DNA from: Antedon mediterranea
Lineage: Eukaryota; Animalia; Echinodermata
Direction of reading: 5' to 3'
NCBI RefSeq assembly: GCF_964355755.1
Contig: NC_092670.1
Coordinates: 424,201 to 488,200 of the forward strand
Length of the DNA stretch: 64,000 bases
The position numbers and the translations under genes are program-made. Positions within the stretch are counted from its first letter, which is position 1; the number at the start of each line of letters is the position of its first letter. The notes beneath the pieces are model-generated. The model had not been told where the DNA came from. It saw nothing but the letters and a program-made list of their open reading frames with translations, and ran no database searches. Of the stretch, positions 13,301 to 26,200 are shown in pieces.

Positions 13301-16300
13301 TATCATACAATAGTATAATTATACACTGATGAAGGGCTATAGTGTTGCCCGAATCCTCTACTATAGGATCATCATCTATCATACAATAGTATAATTATAC
13401 ACTGATGAAGGGCTATAGTGTTGCCCGAATCCTCTACTATAGGATCATCATCTATCATACAATAGTATAATTATACACTGATGAAGGGCTATAGTGTTGC
13501 CCGAATCCTCTACTATAGGATCATCATCTATCATACAATAGTATAATTATGCACTGATGAAGGGCTATAGTGTTGCCCGAATCCTCTACTATAGGATCAT
13601 CATCTATCATACAATAGTATAATTATACACTGATGAAGGGCTATAGTGTTGCCCGAATCCTCTACTATAGGATCATCATCTATCATACAATAGTATAATT
13701 ATGCACTGATGAAGGGCTATAGTGTTGCCCGAATCCTCTACTATAGGATCATCATCTATCATACAATAGTATAATTATACACTGATGAAGGGCTATAGTG
13801 TTGCCCGAATCCTCTTACTATCCGGATCATCATCTATCATACAATAGTATAATTATACACTGATGAAGGGCTATAGTGTTGCCCGAATCCTCTACTATAG
13901 GATCATCATCTATCATACAATAGTATAATTATGCACTGATGAAGGGCTATAGTGTTGCCCGAATCCTCTACTATAGGATCATCATCTATCATACAATAGT
14001 ATAATTATGCACTGATGAAGGGCTATAGTGTTGCCCGAATCCTCTACTATAGGATCATCATCTATCATACAATAGTATAATTATGCACTGATGAAGGGCT
14101 ATAGTGTTGCCCGAATCCTCTACTATAGGATCATCATCTATCATACAATAGTATAATTATACACTGATGAAGGGCTATAGTGTTGCCCGAATCCTCTACT
14201 ATAGGATCATCATCTATCATACAATAGTATAATTATGCACTGATGAAGGGCTATAGTGTTGCCCGAATCCTCTTACTATCCGGATCATCATCTATCATAC
14301 AATAGTATAATTATACACTGATGAAGGGCTATAGTGTTGCCCGAATCCTCTACTATAGGATCATCATCTATCATACAATAGTATAATTATGCACTGATGA
14401 AGGGCTATAGTGTTGCCCGAATCCTCTACTATAGGATCATCATCTATCATACAATAGTATAATTATGCACTGATGAAGGGCTATAGTGTTGCCCGAATCC
14501 TCTACTATAGGATCATCATCTATCATACAATAGTATAATTATGCACTGATGAAGGGCTATAGTGTTGCCCGAATCCTCTTACTATCCGGATCATCATCTA
14601 TCATACAATAGTATAATTATACACTGATGAAGGGCTATAGTGTTGCCCGAATCCTCTACTATAGGATCATCATCTATCATACAATAGTATAATTATGCAC
14701 TGATGAAGGGCTATAGTGTTGCCCGAATCCTCTTACTATCCGGATCATCATCTATCATACAATAGTATAATTATACACTGATGAAGGGCTATAGTGTTGC
14801 CCGAATCCTCTGCTATTTTTTATGTCTGTTTTGATTTAGCTTTTTGCTTATTTTATTTTATTTATTTATTTATTTTATTTATTCGGTATATAAAAATATA
14901 TTACAAAACGACAGTCAAGGACTGAAATGAAATGTATTACAAATGACTAAAAATTTGTTAAAATTGCTATAAAAATAGAAATAGTATCTTCATTGAGATC
15001 CAGCCACTGATACCCATAGCATTGTCATTATTTTCAGTAATTTGCCATTGGATTTATACAATAATAATAACAATAACTAATGCAATCAAATTATAATTAT
15101 TAAAAAATATGACAATTTAATAACTAACAACATGAACTAAATATGTCAAAAACAGTAACATGAATACACACAAATTAGTTTTTCAGTGTGATGGTCTACT
15201 TATTATTAGGGCGTCTCGAATCTTACATCGAAAGAAATCTGTTCACAACTATAACATTAATCATGTTTTCCTGCAGAATACATCTAACACGATCGATTTG
15301 GTATCAATATAGGCCTAGTTAATCAGGCGATGGTCAAATCTCGCGTAATACCGTATTGTACATCGACTGGGAAACGAAATACGCAAGCTAGTGGGTTCTC
15401 ACTAACGACGCAACGTAAGGACGTACGCGCAACGCAAGTGAGTTGACCAATGACAAGCTACTGTTCAAATAATCCACTTGTGATTGGTCAAATTACTTAC
15501 GTTGCGTTACGTCCTTACGTTGCTAGTGGGAACCAAGCTTAAAGCTTGGTTCCCACTAGAACGTAACGCAAGGACGTAAACGCAACGCAAGCCTTTTAAC
15601 CAATGACAAGCCAAGTTATAGACAGTTAGCAATCACAAGCGAATAAGCCATCGCTTGTGATTGGTCAATTCACTTGCGTTGCGTTACGTCCTTGTGTTGC
15701 GTCGCCAGTGGGAACTACGCTTTAGCGACAATTATATCACCTTTGTATATCTGTTTACCCTTGACGAGTTCGCGTTAATGCACTTTAACTGGACGCGGCA
15801 GAAACGTTGATGTGAACGCAAATGAAAAATAACACTCAACAAATCATTGGTTTAAGAACGGTCGAGCTGTTACTTAACTCCCTGATGGAGTGACTTAATG
15901 AGTAAAACTACTGTTAGAACAAGTATATAGGAACAGAAGACAGAAGGCCATGTAATAAGATATTACATCGCAAAGATAGACCTCAAACAATGCGTAATTA
16001 TTATTTAGTAATAATTAGTTTTAAATTGTTCATATTTACTAATTGAATACAATTATATAGTGTAGATGCAAGGAAAAAGTCCATACCTAATAAAATACAA
16101 TACAAATATACGGAAATAAGCATAAACTGTGTTTATACATTATTATTACTGTATACTGTATTCAATTTAGCATAATGACTGTGTTTATACATTATTATTA
16201 CTGTGTATACTGTATTCAATTTAGCATAATGACTGTGTTTATACATTATTATTACTGTATATTGTATTAAATTTAGCACATTTGACACGTGATCTGGTCA

Positions 16301-16871
16301 AGCCCAATTAAGTGCACTCAAGTTGGAGGAGGTGTGGTTGTGACGAAGGAGGACTGGTGTGGTTGTGACGGAGGGGGGACGGAGGGGTCAACACGAATTA
16401 TAGATTTTAAAATAAATCCGGTAATAATGTGGGTCTTCAGCGTACACTATTTTCCCCGTGTTTTCTTTTGTTTTTTACTGAGCCTGCTATTCTCTTTAAG
16501 CTTATAAAACAATCACATTAAACATTTACAATTTGTCCATCTTCTTCATAATACTAGCGTACTGAGTTTTCAGCGGCGGATTGCATTAACATTTCACGAA
16601 GTTAAGTTGTTTACCTTAACATGTCATTATTTTATTAATAAATGTTCTTACGACGCAAAAAGGTTACATGCACGATGTTCGCATAATAACTGCTTGCAAG
16701 ATAAGCTATCCGGCGGCAGCTGCAGATACATGTCTTGACATTTAAAACACAATAACATTATCAATATACTCTAAATCATACTTATGTTTCTAACTCACAT
16801 AAATTATTATACAAAGTAAAATATATCCACTTCAGATAAATAACATTACGTACCTTGGAATAAAAACCCAT
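10308..16871 (-). CDS. SYT17: Synaptotagmin-17 (B/K protein) ortholog
   Basis: Exons 16871-16854 (MGFYSK), 12755-11922, 11261-11141, 10976-10752, 10444-10308. N-terminal Cys cluster with no TM helix; PLIDMKPIEF; C2A with DLPPPV..D...DLAHSNPYVKVSLLPDQ; C2B with KQLLQTDINGGSDPFVKIQL and KKNTIDPVFNESF; HWLRMIESQRSPVAQWH. All match recalled SYT17. Confidence 0.9.
11338..11560. mobile_element. Rearranged copy of the agcttggttcccactag MITE family
   Basis: Shares ggttcccactag and cgcaacgcaagtga motifs with 15386-15720, with an internal duplication. Confidence 0.55.
13053..14816 (+). repeat. 76-bp tandem array (~23 copies), each containing a hammerhead-ribozyme-like core
   Basis: Unit ...tat(g/a)ca CTGATGA a GGGC tatagtgtt GCCC GAAtcc TC tactataggatc..., period 76 (13054, 13130). 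Located in SYT17 intron 1. Confidence 0.9.
15386..15720. mobile_element. Two adjacent palindromic MITEs (PIF/Harbinger-like) separated by TAA
   Basis: Junction ...ctagtgggaaccaagct TAA agcttggttcccactag...; each ~155-180-bp unit is a long imperfect inverted repeat. Confidence 0.7.
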
Positions 16872-17128
16872 CTTACGTAATAATACTTCAGGTGAGCTAG
16901 CTGTAGATTTTTTTCAACTGCAGCGGACCAACAAAAGATGCACGGAATACCTTATAATTATTTAAAATATTAAAAACAACTCATTATTGATGGAAACAGA
17001 TGCCGACTGCTGGTTAAATTGATTATAAATGTACCAGCTATTACAAGGCACCCTTCTACGAATCAACAATTAATCTGCAGCAACAATTTACGACGAATCC
17101 GTAATCAATTTTCCTTGGAAACCACTCG

Positions 17129-17136
17129 TGACGTCA
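17129..17136. promoter_or_regulatory. Perfect CRE (TGACGTCA) ~260 bp upstream of the SYT17 start codon
   Basis: Palindromic TGACGTCA in the presumptive promoter; function is inferred only. Confidence 0.35.
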
Positions 17137-17398
17137 TATAATTATGTCTTTTTTTCTTACAGTTATATATTGCCTGAGGGCGCGCGTTCGTACCTTAGTT
17201 TAATAGCAAAAGATATAAAAAAAGAAACTAACCATAGTTTTGACAGACGGCCTCTGAAGAAATTGTGTCAATAAATTCGTCATTCTAAAAACGAACAAAA
17301 AATGTAGGCTAGCTCGTAATATTATTGAACATCGATCGATGACAAGAAATAAGTCATTAAAATCTAACAACTAAACAGTGTAAAAAGAATATATAGAT

Positions 17399-19310
17399 CA
17401 GGGGTGGCGCCAGGATCTTCCCGACGCGGGGGCTACATTCCCCGACGAGGGGGCTATGCGAGCAAAGCGAGCATCACAAGGCTGGGGGCCAGGGGGCCGC
17501 CAAGGGCCCCCGGTGGGGGTCCAGGGGGCGAAGCCCCCGGAAGCAACGCGTTCTAGCGTCATTTGAGGTCATTTTAATCAGATTTAGGGTAGCCATTTTT
17601 TTCCATTTTTTATAATGCATAAATAAAATACTGCGTGCAAAAAAACGATGTGCGATGACTGTTTCAATCCATCTTTTTCAATTTAAAAAATAAAAGTTCA
17701 AAGAAAATTTAGAAAAATAGAGTTGGAGGTCCCGGAAATTGGACTTATTATACTTCAAAACATGGAAAAAAATATATAAGTCCCTATCATAGTTGTGACT
17801 GAGCTAAGAAATGTTTGAAAAATAGAGATGTTAGGTCCCGGAAAATGCACTTCTTGTACTTTGAAATATGACCAGCTTTATTGTTGGGGCTGAGCTAAGA
17901 AAATGTTTAAAACTAGAGCTGCAGGTCTTCAAAAAATTGCATTTTATACTTTGGAAACATCAGGCACAGAGGCTTAAAAAACGCAAGCGTAGACCTTTTT
18001 CAGTCGGGGAAATAAGTTTATTCCTCCCAAGTGTATGCCTGCGTACCATCTGGACTTCCGAGTGGTGAGAAATTCATGACATACAGGACATTGAAAATTT
18101 AATAACTTAGCTATAATAAGATGTTGGCTAAGCGAAAATGGCATGTTTTTTTGTTTAGTAATGGATGAAATATTTATTTTAGGTGCCCCACGGTACAGAA
18201 GGTTACTTGTAAATTAAAAAATTGGTGAACATACGAACAATTAACATAATTCGTTTTTGCTGTAACTAGTGTAGCGTACGTCGGCACAGTACACGACGTA
18301 ACCGTCGGTAAACTTCGCCTGGAAAATAACTACAGTACACATTTTGGTCCCTGGATGGAACATGATATCACGACTCAACGTTGAACGATTCGTACAAAGG
18401 GATACCGCCAGACAAGTGCGTACCTATAGCTATTGTTTATAGTAGTAATTTAGATCGCTGGCAATAATGAATGCATATAAAGTGCATAATTTCACTCTGA
18501 CGTACTCTCACGGTCAATGAAACGTCGAGGTTTTCTAGGCGCTGAAGCTACGAAGTGAACGCGAACGAATTATATTCCCCGACAAAAAGTACCCGAACCG
18601 TCGGTAAACTTCGCCTGGAAAATAACTACATTACACATTTTGGTCCCTGGATGGAACTTGATATCACGCGGCTCGACCCAACGTTGAACGATTCGTACAA
18701 AGGGATACCGCCAGACAAGTGCGTACCTAGCTAATGTTTAGTAGTGATTAGATCGCTGGCAATAATGAATGCATATAAATTGCATAATAGCACTCTGACG
18801 TACTCTCACGGTCAATGAGACGTCGCGGTTTTCTAGGCGCTGAAGCTACCAAGTGAACGCGAACGTTTTTTACTGTATATTATATTCCCCGACAAAAAGT
18901 ACCCGTGTTCCCTTCGGTAACCGTCGGTACACTTCGCCTGGAAAATAACTACATTACACATTTTGGTCCCTGTATGGAACATGATATCACGCGTCTCGAC
19001 CCAACGGTGAACGATTCGTACAAAGGGATACCGGCAAACAAGTGCGTACTAGCTATTTTTTAGTAGTTAGATCTCTGGCAATAATGAATGCATAAAAGTG
19101 CATAATAGCCCTCTGACGTACTCTCACGGTCAATGGAACGTCGTGGTTTTCTAGGCGCTGAAGCTATATGAAGTGAACGCGAACGTTTTTTACTGTATGT
19201 TATATTCCCCGACAAAAAGTACCCGTGTTCCCCGACGGTGGGGCTAGGCTCCCCGACGAGGGGGATAGAGCCCCCGTAGCCCCCCCCCCCCCCCGCTGGC
19301 GCCACCACTG
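17399..19310. mobile_element. Non-autonomous hAT DNA transposon (1.9 kb)
   Basis: 8-bp TSD ATATAGAT (17391-17398, 19311-19318). TIR caggggtggcgccag / ctggcgccaccactg (14/15). GC-rich subterminal repeats and an internal ~300-bp triplication at 18300-19230. No transposase ORF. Confidence 0.88.
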
Positions 19311-19329
19311 ATATAGATGTTAAGTAAAA

Positions 19330-19564
19330 GTGATTATGGAGTCCAGTAGTAGGTTAATACTTCAAATAGTATATATAGTGATTATGGAGTCCAGTAGTAG
19401 GTTAATACTTCAAATAGTTTATATAGTGATTATGGAGTCCAGTAGTAGGTTAATACTTCAAATAGTTTATATAGTGATTATGGAGTCCAGTAGTAGGTTA
19501 ATACTTCAAATAGTATATATAGTGATTATGGAGTCCAGTAGTAGGTTAATACTTCAAATAGTTT
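19330..19564. repeat. 48-bp tandem repeat, ~5 copies
   Basis: gtgattatggagtccagtagtaggttaatacttcaaatagt(a/t)tatata repeated. Confidence 0.9.
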
Positions 19565-20227
19565 AAAAACGCACGTTTTTCCCAAATAGCAACCAACATT
19601 CACCAAATGAATGAGTCCAAGCATAAATGATGATGTTCTAATATAAAACTGACTTTTTAAAATAAAAGATAACTTGAAAAAATATTAAGAAAAAATGTTG
19701 AAAATTTATTATAAATCCCACGTCATCACCAGTACTAAAGTACACTCACTTAAATACCAACATTACAGAAATAAGATTTCAAAACTGTTTAATAAAACGA
19801 ACTAAGCGTGTGCAAAGCCACTAAAATGTACAAACTGTCGTACAGTAATTAATTCATATCCTTATTTCAATAAAATTATAAATGTGAGTATATGCTTAAT
19901 TTTGTATTACTTTTGCTATACTTCATATTATTATCAATGATGGAGCCTATAAAATATGTACTTTTGCTGACCAAATTTCCATTAATTAATTAGTTTTAAG
20001 TTTATAGTAACATCAGGGAGTTGGTAACATCGTGTTAATTTTCTTTTCAACTCCAATCATGACCAAATTAAAGCATAAATATCTATTCTTTGTATTTTCC
20101 ATTCACTAATCTGTCTGATCATAATGGATCTATTTGTATTTGGACATATACATTGGTTAGGTTACTTTCTGATATTTATATACAAATTGGTCAATTGGTG
20201 TGACTTATTAAATCAAGTTTTAAAAGA

Positions 20228-23200
20228 TCATAAGATTGGTTTGAGATGGTCAGACAATTTCTGGCAGTAGATGTCAGTTCTGTGCTTATGTCGGACAGCT
20301 TCAAGTTCATCTAGTAGCAGTGATGGCTTGATTTTACCTGCTTCCTTTAACACATCTGTAAAACAAACAACAAAAAAGCATTGTTAATGTTCTAGCTGGT
20401 ATTGACTGATAATAGACTCCAGAATTTGATGCTGGTAAAGTTTTAGTTAGGTTAATGTGGAAATATGTTTTTGTTGAATTTACAGGCTGCCTGGTTATAG
20501 TGTGAATAAACATCTATCATATCAACTAAAAAAATCCTTTTAAAAAGGTTTATTCAACAGAAACAAACATTTTTATTCCAAGGATGCACGATATAAGCTC
20601 TGTCTACACTATCATGTGACAAAAATGATGTGGCCATAATTATATGGCCACATTGATGTCGTATCACTACCATAATAAGGAATATCACACTTTTTTTTTG
20701 TCAAACTAGTTTAGTAGTGTAGACAGAGCTGTAGAATGCTTGCAATATGTGTTTTGTGATCCAAATATTTAATTTAGTCTAAATAAATAAAAAATGAATG
20801 AAATAAGTCCTACCAAGGAGTTGCTGTTGAATGTGTGGATCAGGATCATCAAGATGTACCAATAGTCCTTTATACATTTCTTGCAAGTGAGCACCATATA
20901 AGGACGTGTCATAGTTCACAGGAAAGCATTGGAAGTATATCAAGAAGGTCTTAGCAACAGCTACTCTGATGTCATCACTGCTGTCATCCAGTCGTTTTAA
21001 TAACTCTACATAAAAACTGTGTAAGTGGTCTGGATCAAAGCTCTTCCCACAAACAAGTAGAAACTTGCTGAAAATACGACAAGTAATGAGTCTGGTAGAT
21101 TTCACTTCGTCCTCTAGAAGGCTTTTCAACTGTGTCAACAGGTCTTTTGATAATTCAATTGTCTGAAAGAAAAATGTGTAAGGTGATTTATTAAAAAGAC
21201 ACAATGTTAGTATATGGCCTTATATATGTCCTTACAAAATGTTTTAATATTTTATGAAATATGTGGTGGTATATAATGATGGAAATTGTTTAATATGAAT
21301 AAACAACCCGAGAGTTTTATAATTTTATTTAAGCTTTCTTGTTCCCGACACCCGACCTTTTCAGCTTTGGCTGCTGGTGGGAATTTGATGATTTTTAACA
21401 ATAGTAAATAAATAAAATAAATAGTTTGGTACCTGTTTTTGAGTGAGAAGTTGACTTTGAAAGAGAGCCCAAAGGCAGGATACAGCTGTGGTCCTGACAG
21501 CTGCACACACTCTGCCTGCATGCCAGACACAATTTGGTAGTATCATGTCCTTAACTACTATAGTGGCAAAAGAACCAAAGCCTTGCTGGGAATCAATGGA
21601 AGCACCAGAATTCATCAACAGTCGTGATAAGAGTGAAAAGAACTTAAGTCGAAGTTCAGCATCTTTAGTTGGTTGAAGGTTTTCACTCAGCATGGGAATG
21701 ATGTCCGTTAGAAGAGCACCGAGAATTACTCCTGTCAACAAACAGTTTTACATTCATTTATCATCAAACAATGGTCATTATTACAAATAATGCTCTAAAC
21801 GAACACTACTATTAAATATTATTATTATTCAAAGTGTAATTCAAGAAAAGCATACAGGCAGCCAAATGCTGAAATGAGTACAATTTTACAGATATAAAAA
21901 CTTTCAAATTAATGTAATAGTAATCAAACATTAAAAAACACATCCAGAACATTCAACACCTTATAATAAAGATTTATCATGTATTATTAGCGTTCATCAC
22001 CATAACCATATATGGTAGGATTGTAAGGGTAAACCTTTTGTACATGCTTAATAATGTTCACTACTATTAAATGTTCTACACTGACCAAGAGATGGCAATT
22101 AACCACAACCCTGTGCGATAATTAACATCTTTGATTATCTACTTGTGAACTCTGAAGTCCTCCACAAGAAAGGGTTTCTTATGGCTGATAAGATTGGATT
22201 AAATTAAAAAATTTAAAATGCTTAACGGCCAATTTACACAGACAAGCGGTAACGTTAATACAAATATAGAATCTATGTTATTCATTATGACCATTTACAC
22301 ACAACACGGAGCAGACAGGTGGTTTCCGCTCAGGATAGATACATATTGTATGTGGAACAACCTATGCAGTTTTCCTCTTACTATTACTGTACTTCTCGTC
22401 TGTGTAAATTGGCCTTAAGTGTATTTAAATAAACAATACCTGCTTCAGTAAGTAAAGTGTCAAAAATTAAACGTTCCAAAGAATAATTGTTCCAATCCTT
22501 ATAATTTCCCTTCAAAGTCTCCAGCAAATCTTTTGTATGTTTTTCATACAGTTCAGTTGTGTTACTCAAACCCTGGATGTTGGCAAGTGTTTTCAGTGAG
22601 ATGTTGGCCTATTGACAAACCAAATTAATGTTTCACATTATGTGCAATTTTGAATCACATAACAAACATGGTAATTTACCAATTTCAACATTAAATGCAT
22701 GTAGTGTCCTGTCAACAACTTTGCATGATTGTCACTCTCCTCTTTATCAGAATACTACCTCCTGTATCCACAAATTAAACATTATGTACAGAGGTAAGTC
22801 TATACTCTAAATATTGTCTGTCTTTGCATTGTGATTTTTACAGTTTTATTGTTTTTTTATAAGATTTTTAATGTCTTTTTTTGAAATGTTTTTTAATCTT
22901 CTATTGATCTAAAAAAAAAACAGGACCATATGTAAAACAAGTGCAATATCTATTACCTGATGATATGTAAAACAAGTGCAATATCTATTACCTGATGATA
23001 TGTAAAACAAGTGCAATATCTATTACCTGATGATATGTATCATATGTAAAACAAGTGCAATATCTATTACCTGATGATATGTTTTTAAACAGTATAAATT
23101 TGTTTTTAAATAAATAAATAAATAAAAACAAATCCACAATATTAATAACTTTATCATTAATCTTTTTGTTTCTGTCTGTAAATGTGTTTGAATTCATTCA

Positions 23201-26200
23201 AGTTTATATTTACCTCAGTATGAATATGTGCATCTCGAGCGAGTGCCAGCATATTCAATAAGACTGTAAACAATTGCAGGCTGGATGACTGGAGTCTATC
23301 TGGATATTTACTTCCTGTTGACATGATGGCATTCACACAGGAAACTAGTTGCAGTTGGTACAATGCCTAACAGAGGTGCAAATGATTGTAAATGTTATAT
23401 ATAAAATTTCTGTAGCTGCTTCTTGGTTTAATAACAATTACACTGAAAAAAATTCTAATAAAAAAACTTACATTTTCAACTCGACAGACTTCAACCTCAG
23501 CTAATGTGGTTGATATTTCACTCATGTAAGCCTCAAACAAGTCAGGCCTTGAGCCTCTAATAATAGCAGCCAACGTCATGAGGACATGAGCACTTTGTGT
23601 GCTTTTCAGACTGGGTAAAATCAGTTTGCAGTACACCTCTGGACAAACATACCAGCCTACAATTTCAGCTGCTTTAATGACCTGAAATAATAAATGTATG
23701 AGCTTGATGGTTAGCAATAGCATGCCTTTTTCTTGTACCTCAAGTTCTGGGTTTAATGGCAGACTAGACTATTCCACTCCCTAAGTCTTGAATGAAACTT
23801 AAATATAGTTATAAAAAGCATGATATTTATTATCAGACACTGGCCTGATGTGTAGACTTAATTCAACTGAAAATGTTTTAGTCTCAACGATTATAGGCAA
23901 CGTCTTATATAAGTCAAAGATGCTCTCCAGGTGGAATGCCATCCTGAGATGAGAGCTTTTAGTGTCAACGATTATAGGCAACGTCTTATATAAGTCAAAG
24001 ATGCTCTCCAGGTGGAATGCCATCCTGAGATGATTAGTGGTATTTATTATTATTCAAGGTTTATTTATTTCAATTGTTCTTGCAGTTAATAAAAAACTGA
24101 ATTACAACAATCTTGACAATATATAAAAATTGGATACATAATATAAAAACATTTAACATTAAATTGTACTGTACTTATGGGTTTCTTCTCTATAGGGGTG
24201 GTAACCATTCTTTAAATTCAGAATTAAAGGGGGATTCTGGGTTTAAAATTGCTTTTAAATATCGTTTATTTATTAAATAAAAAATATCATAACAATATAG
24301 ACATGTCAGAATGAAGAAGTAATAACGAGAAATTAAAAAAAATTAATTTCATATACATTTTAGGGTAAATTCATGGAAAGTCTGTTTTAGCAGCTTAGGG
24401 AAGCTCATTAATATTCATGAGATATTCACAAAATCACGTCATCAGTGGATTCCAAACTCGCGACGTCATGTACGTTGTGTTTGTTAACTTCAAATCTCTC
24501 TCCGAGAGCCTAAATCATTTGTTTTCATGGGTGAGAGCCATTCTGACTAGGGATTCCATGCCACGATGGCTACGTTAAAACATTGGGGCCCATCATGGGC
24601 CTAGCTAGCCTACTAAACGATTGGCCCATAATAATAAAACTCGGTGGATTCCAAACCTATCCTATCAACCAAACTCCTAAACAATCTAAACCTAAAACAT
24701 TCTACAAAATCGGCTGTAAATATTGAGGCAAAAAAGGTACGATCGCCGTCCGCACGTATGGTGTCCCGATCGTCTAAAAGTAGGCCTAAAATAGGCCTAG
24801 TTTACTCTCCAAGAAAGCAGATACTGCATCAAGCAAGTAGACCAGGTAGTAGGAAGGAGACCTAGCCGATTCGGCCCAGTTAAAAATTGAGCTAGCTAGT
24901 GTAGTAGACCCTATATGCGAATTGATACTACCAGGCCTTTTAATAAAGTATTATAGGCTTGTTAAAATTAGCAATATACTTATGTTTACAAATATTCCAA
25001 CTCTCTCATTCGAGCTATATTATCTATACCATTCCGGTAGGTCGAGTCGACCTTCAACCAAATACTGTACATCGTTCATGTTGTGATTATAGACGGGGTA
25101 TACTCGACCCGACCAGTTTGGTATTGTATACTGTATCTGCTTATCACGTGACATGCCAGGCATGGGCAGGTAGAGCACGTGTATCGTCGTCTCGCTCTCC
25201 CCGCTCAGCAGGAATGCATACGTTACGCTTCATTGATTTTGAAGGCTTTCCCTAAGTCAGTGCGAAAATCGGCAAACGTAAAGTGCAAACATATCTAATT
25301 TTTCACTGTTTTGATGAATTTTCATAGAAAATTGACTTTATAAATGGGAAGACCGACTAAAATTACATTAGATAAGTATAATTTCACAAAAGTAATTAAT
25401 ATGGTTAATGATAACGAGTCGTCGGAACATTGACCATTTCACGAATTTCCTATTCTGTAAACACAGTGTCATATCGCCGTAGCTGCACTTGCAATCTGGC
25501 CTCATTTCACAGCCTTCGTTCTGCTTCACTGGTCGCTCATATAAATTGAAACTTTTACCGTTCAAGAGACAAACAAATATATTTTACATTTTTTACTATT
25601 CATTTTAAACCCGGAACCCCCCTTTAAGTAAAGAAGTACCAAACTTAATACATAATTCGGTTCTTTGTTCCTTAAGGGGTTGTAATTTTAAAATCGAACA
25701 AGCTGCTTCATATGAGACATAATTGTGACCTAATGTGATTCGACACGCACGTTTTTGTACTCTTTCAATAGCATTGGTATGTTCATCGGTGAGGTTTGGG
25801 TGCCAAACCGGTGTAGCATATTCTACCACAGGTCTAACGTAACTTAAGTAAATCATTAGGTCAGGCTTTGGCAATGAAAATTTAGTGAGAAGTTTGAGCA
25901 TATGAATTCTACCATTAGCACGTTTGATCATATCTTGAACTTGGAGGTTCCATTTAAGATCGGAACTAATATGTAGGCCTAGAATTTTGACGGAGTCAAC
26001 CACATTGATAATCTCGTTATTTATACTTAATGGTTCAATATTAAGTGCTGTTTTCATAAAAGTGACATTCATAGAAGCACATTTACTTGGATTAAGTTTC
26101 ATAAAATTTTCATTTCGCATTGTATACTTCCCGTGGGTAAACGATTGGGCATTGTCTAGTTAAGAACTGGAATGCCTGCTGCAACTGACGTGAGGTTGTT

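Noticed and set aside
22930-23082. CTGATGA-containing ~34-bp repeats
   Set aside because: No stem II or GAAA, so not a hammerhead; a simple tandem duplication.
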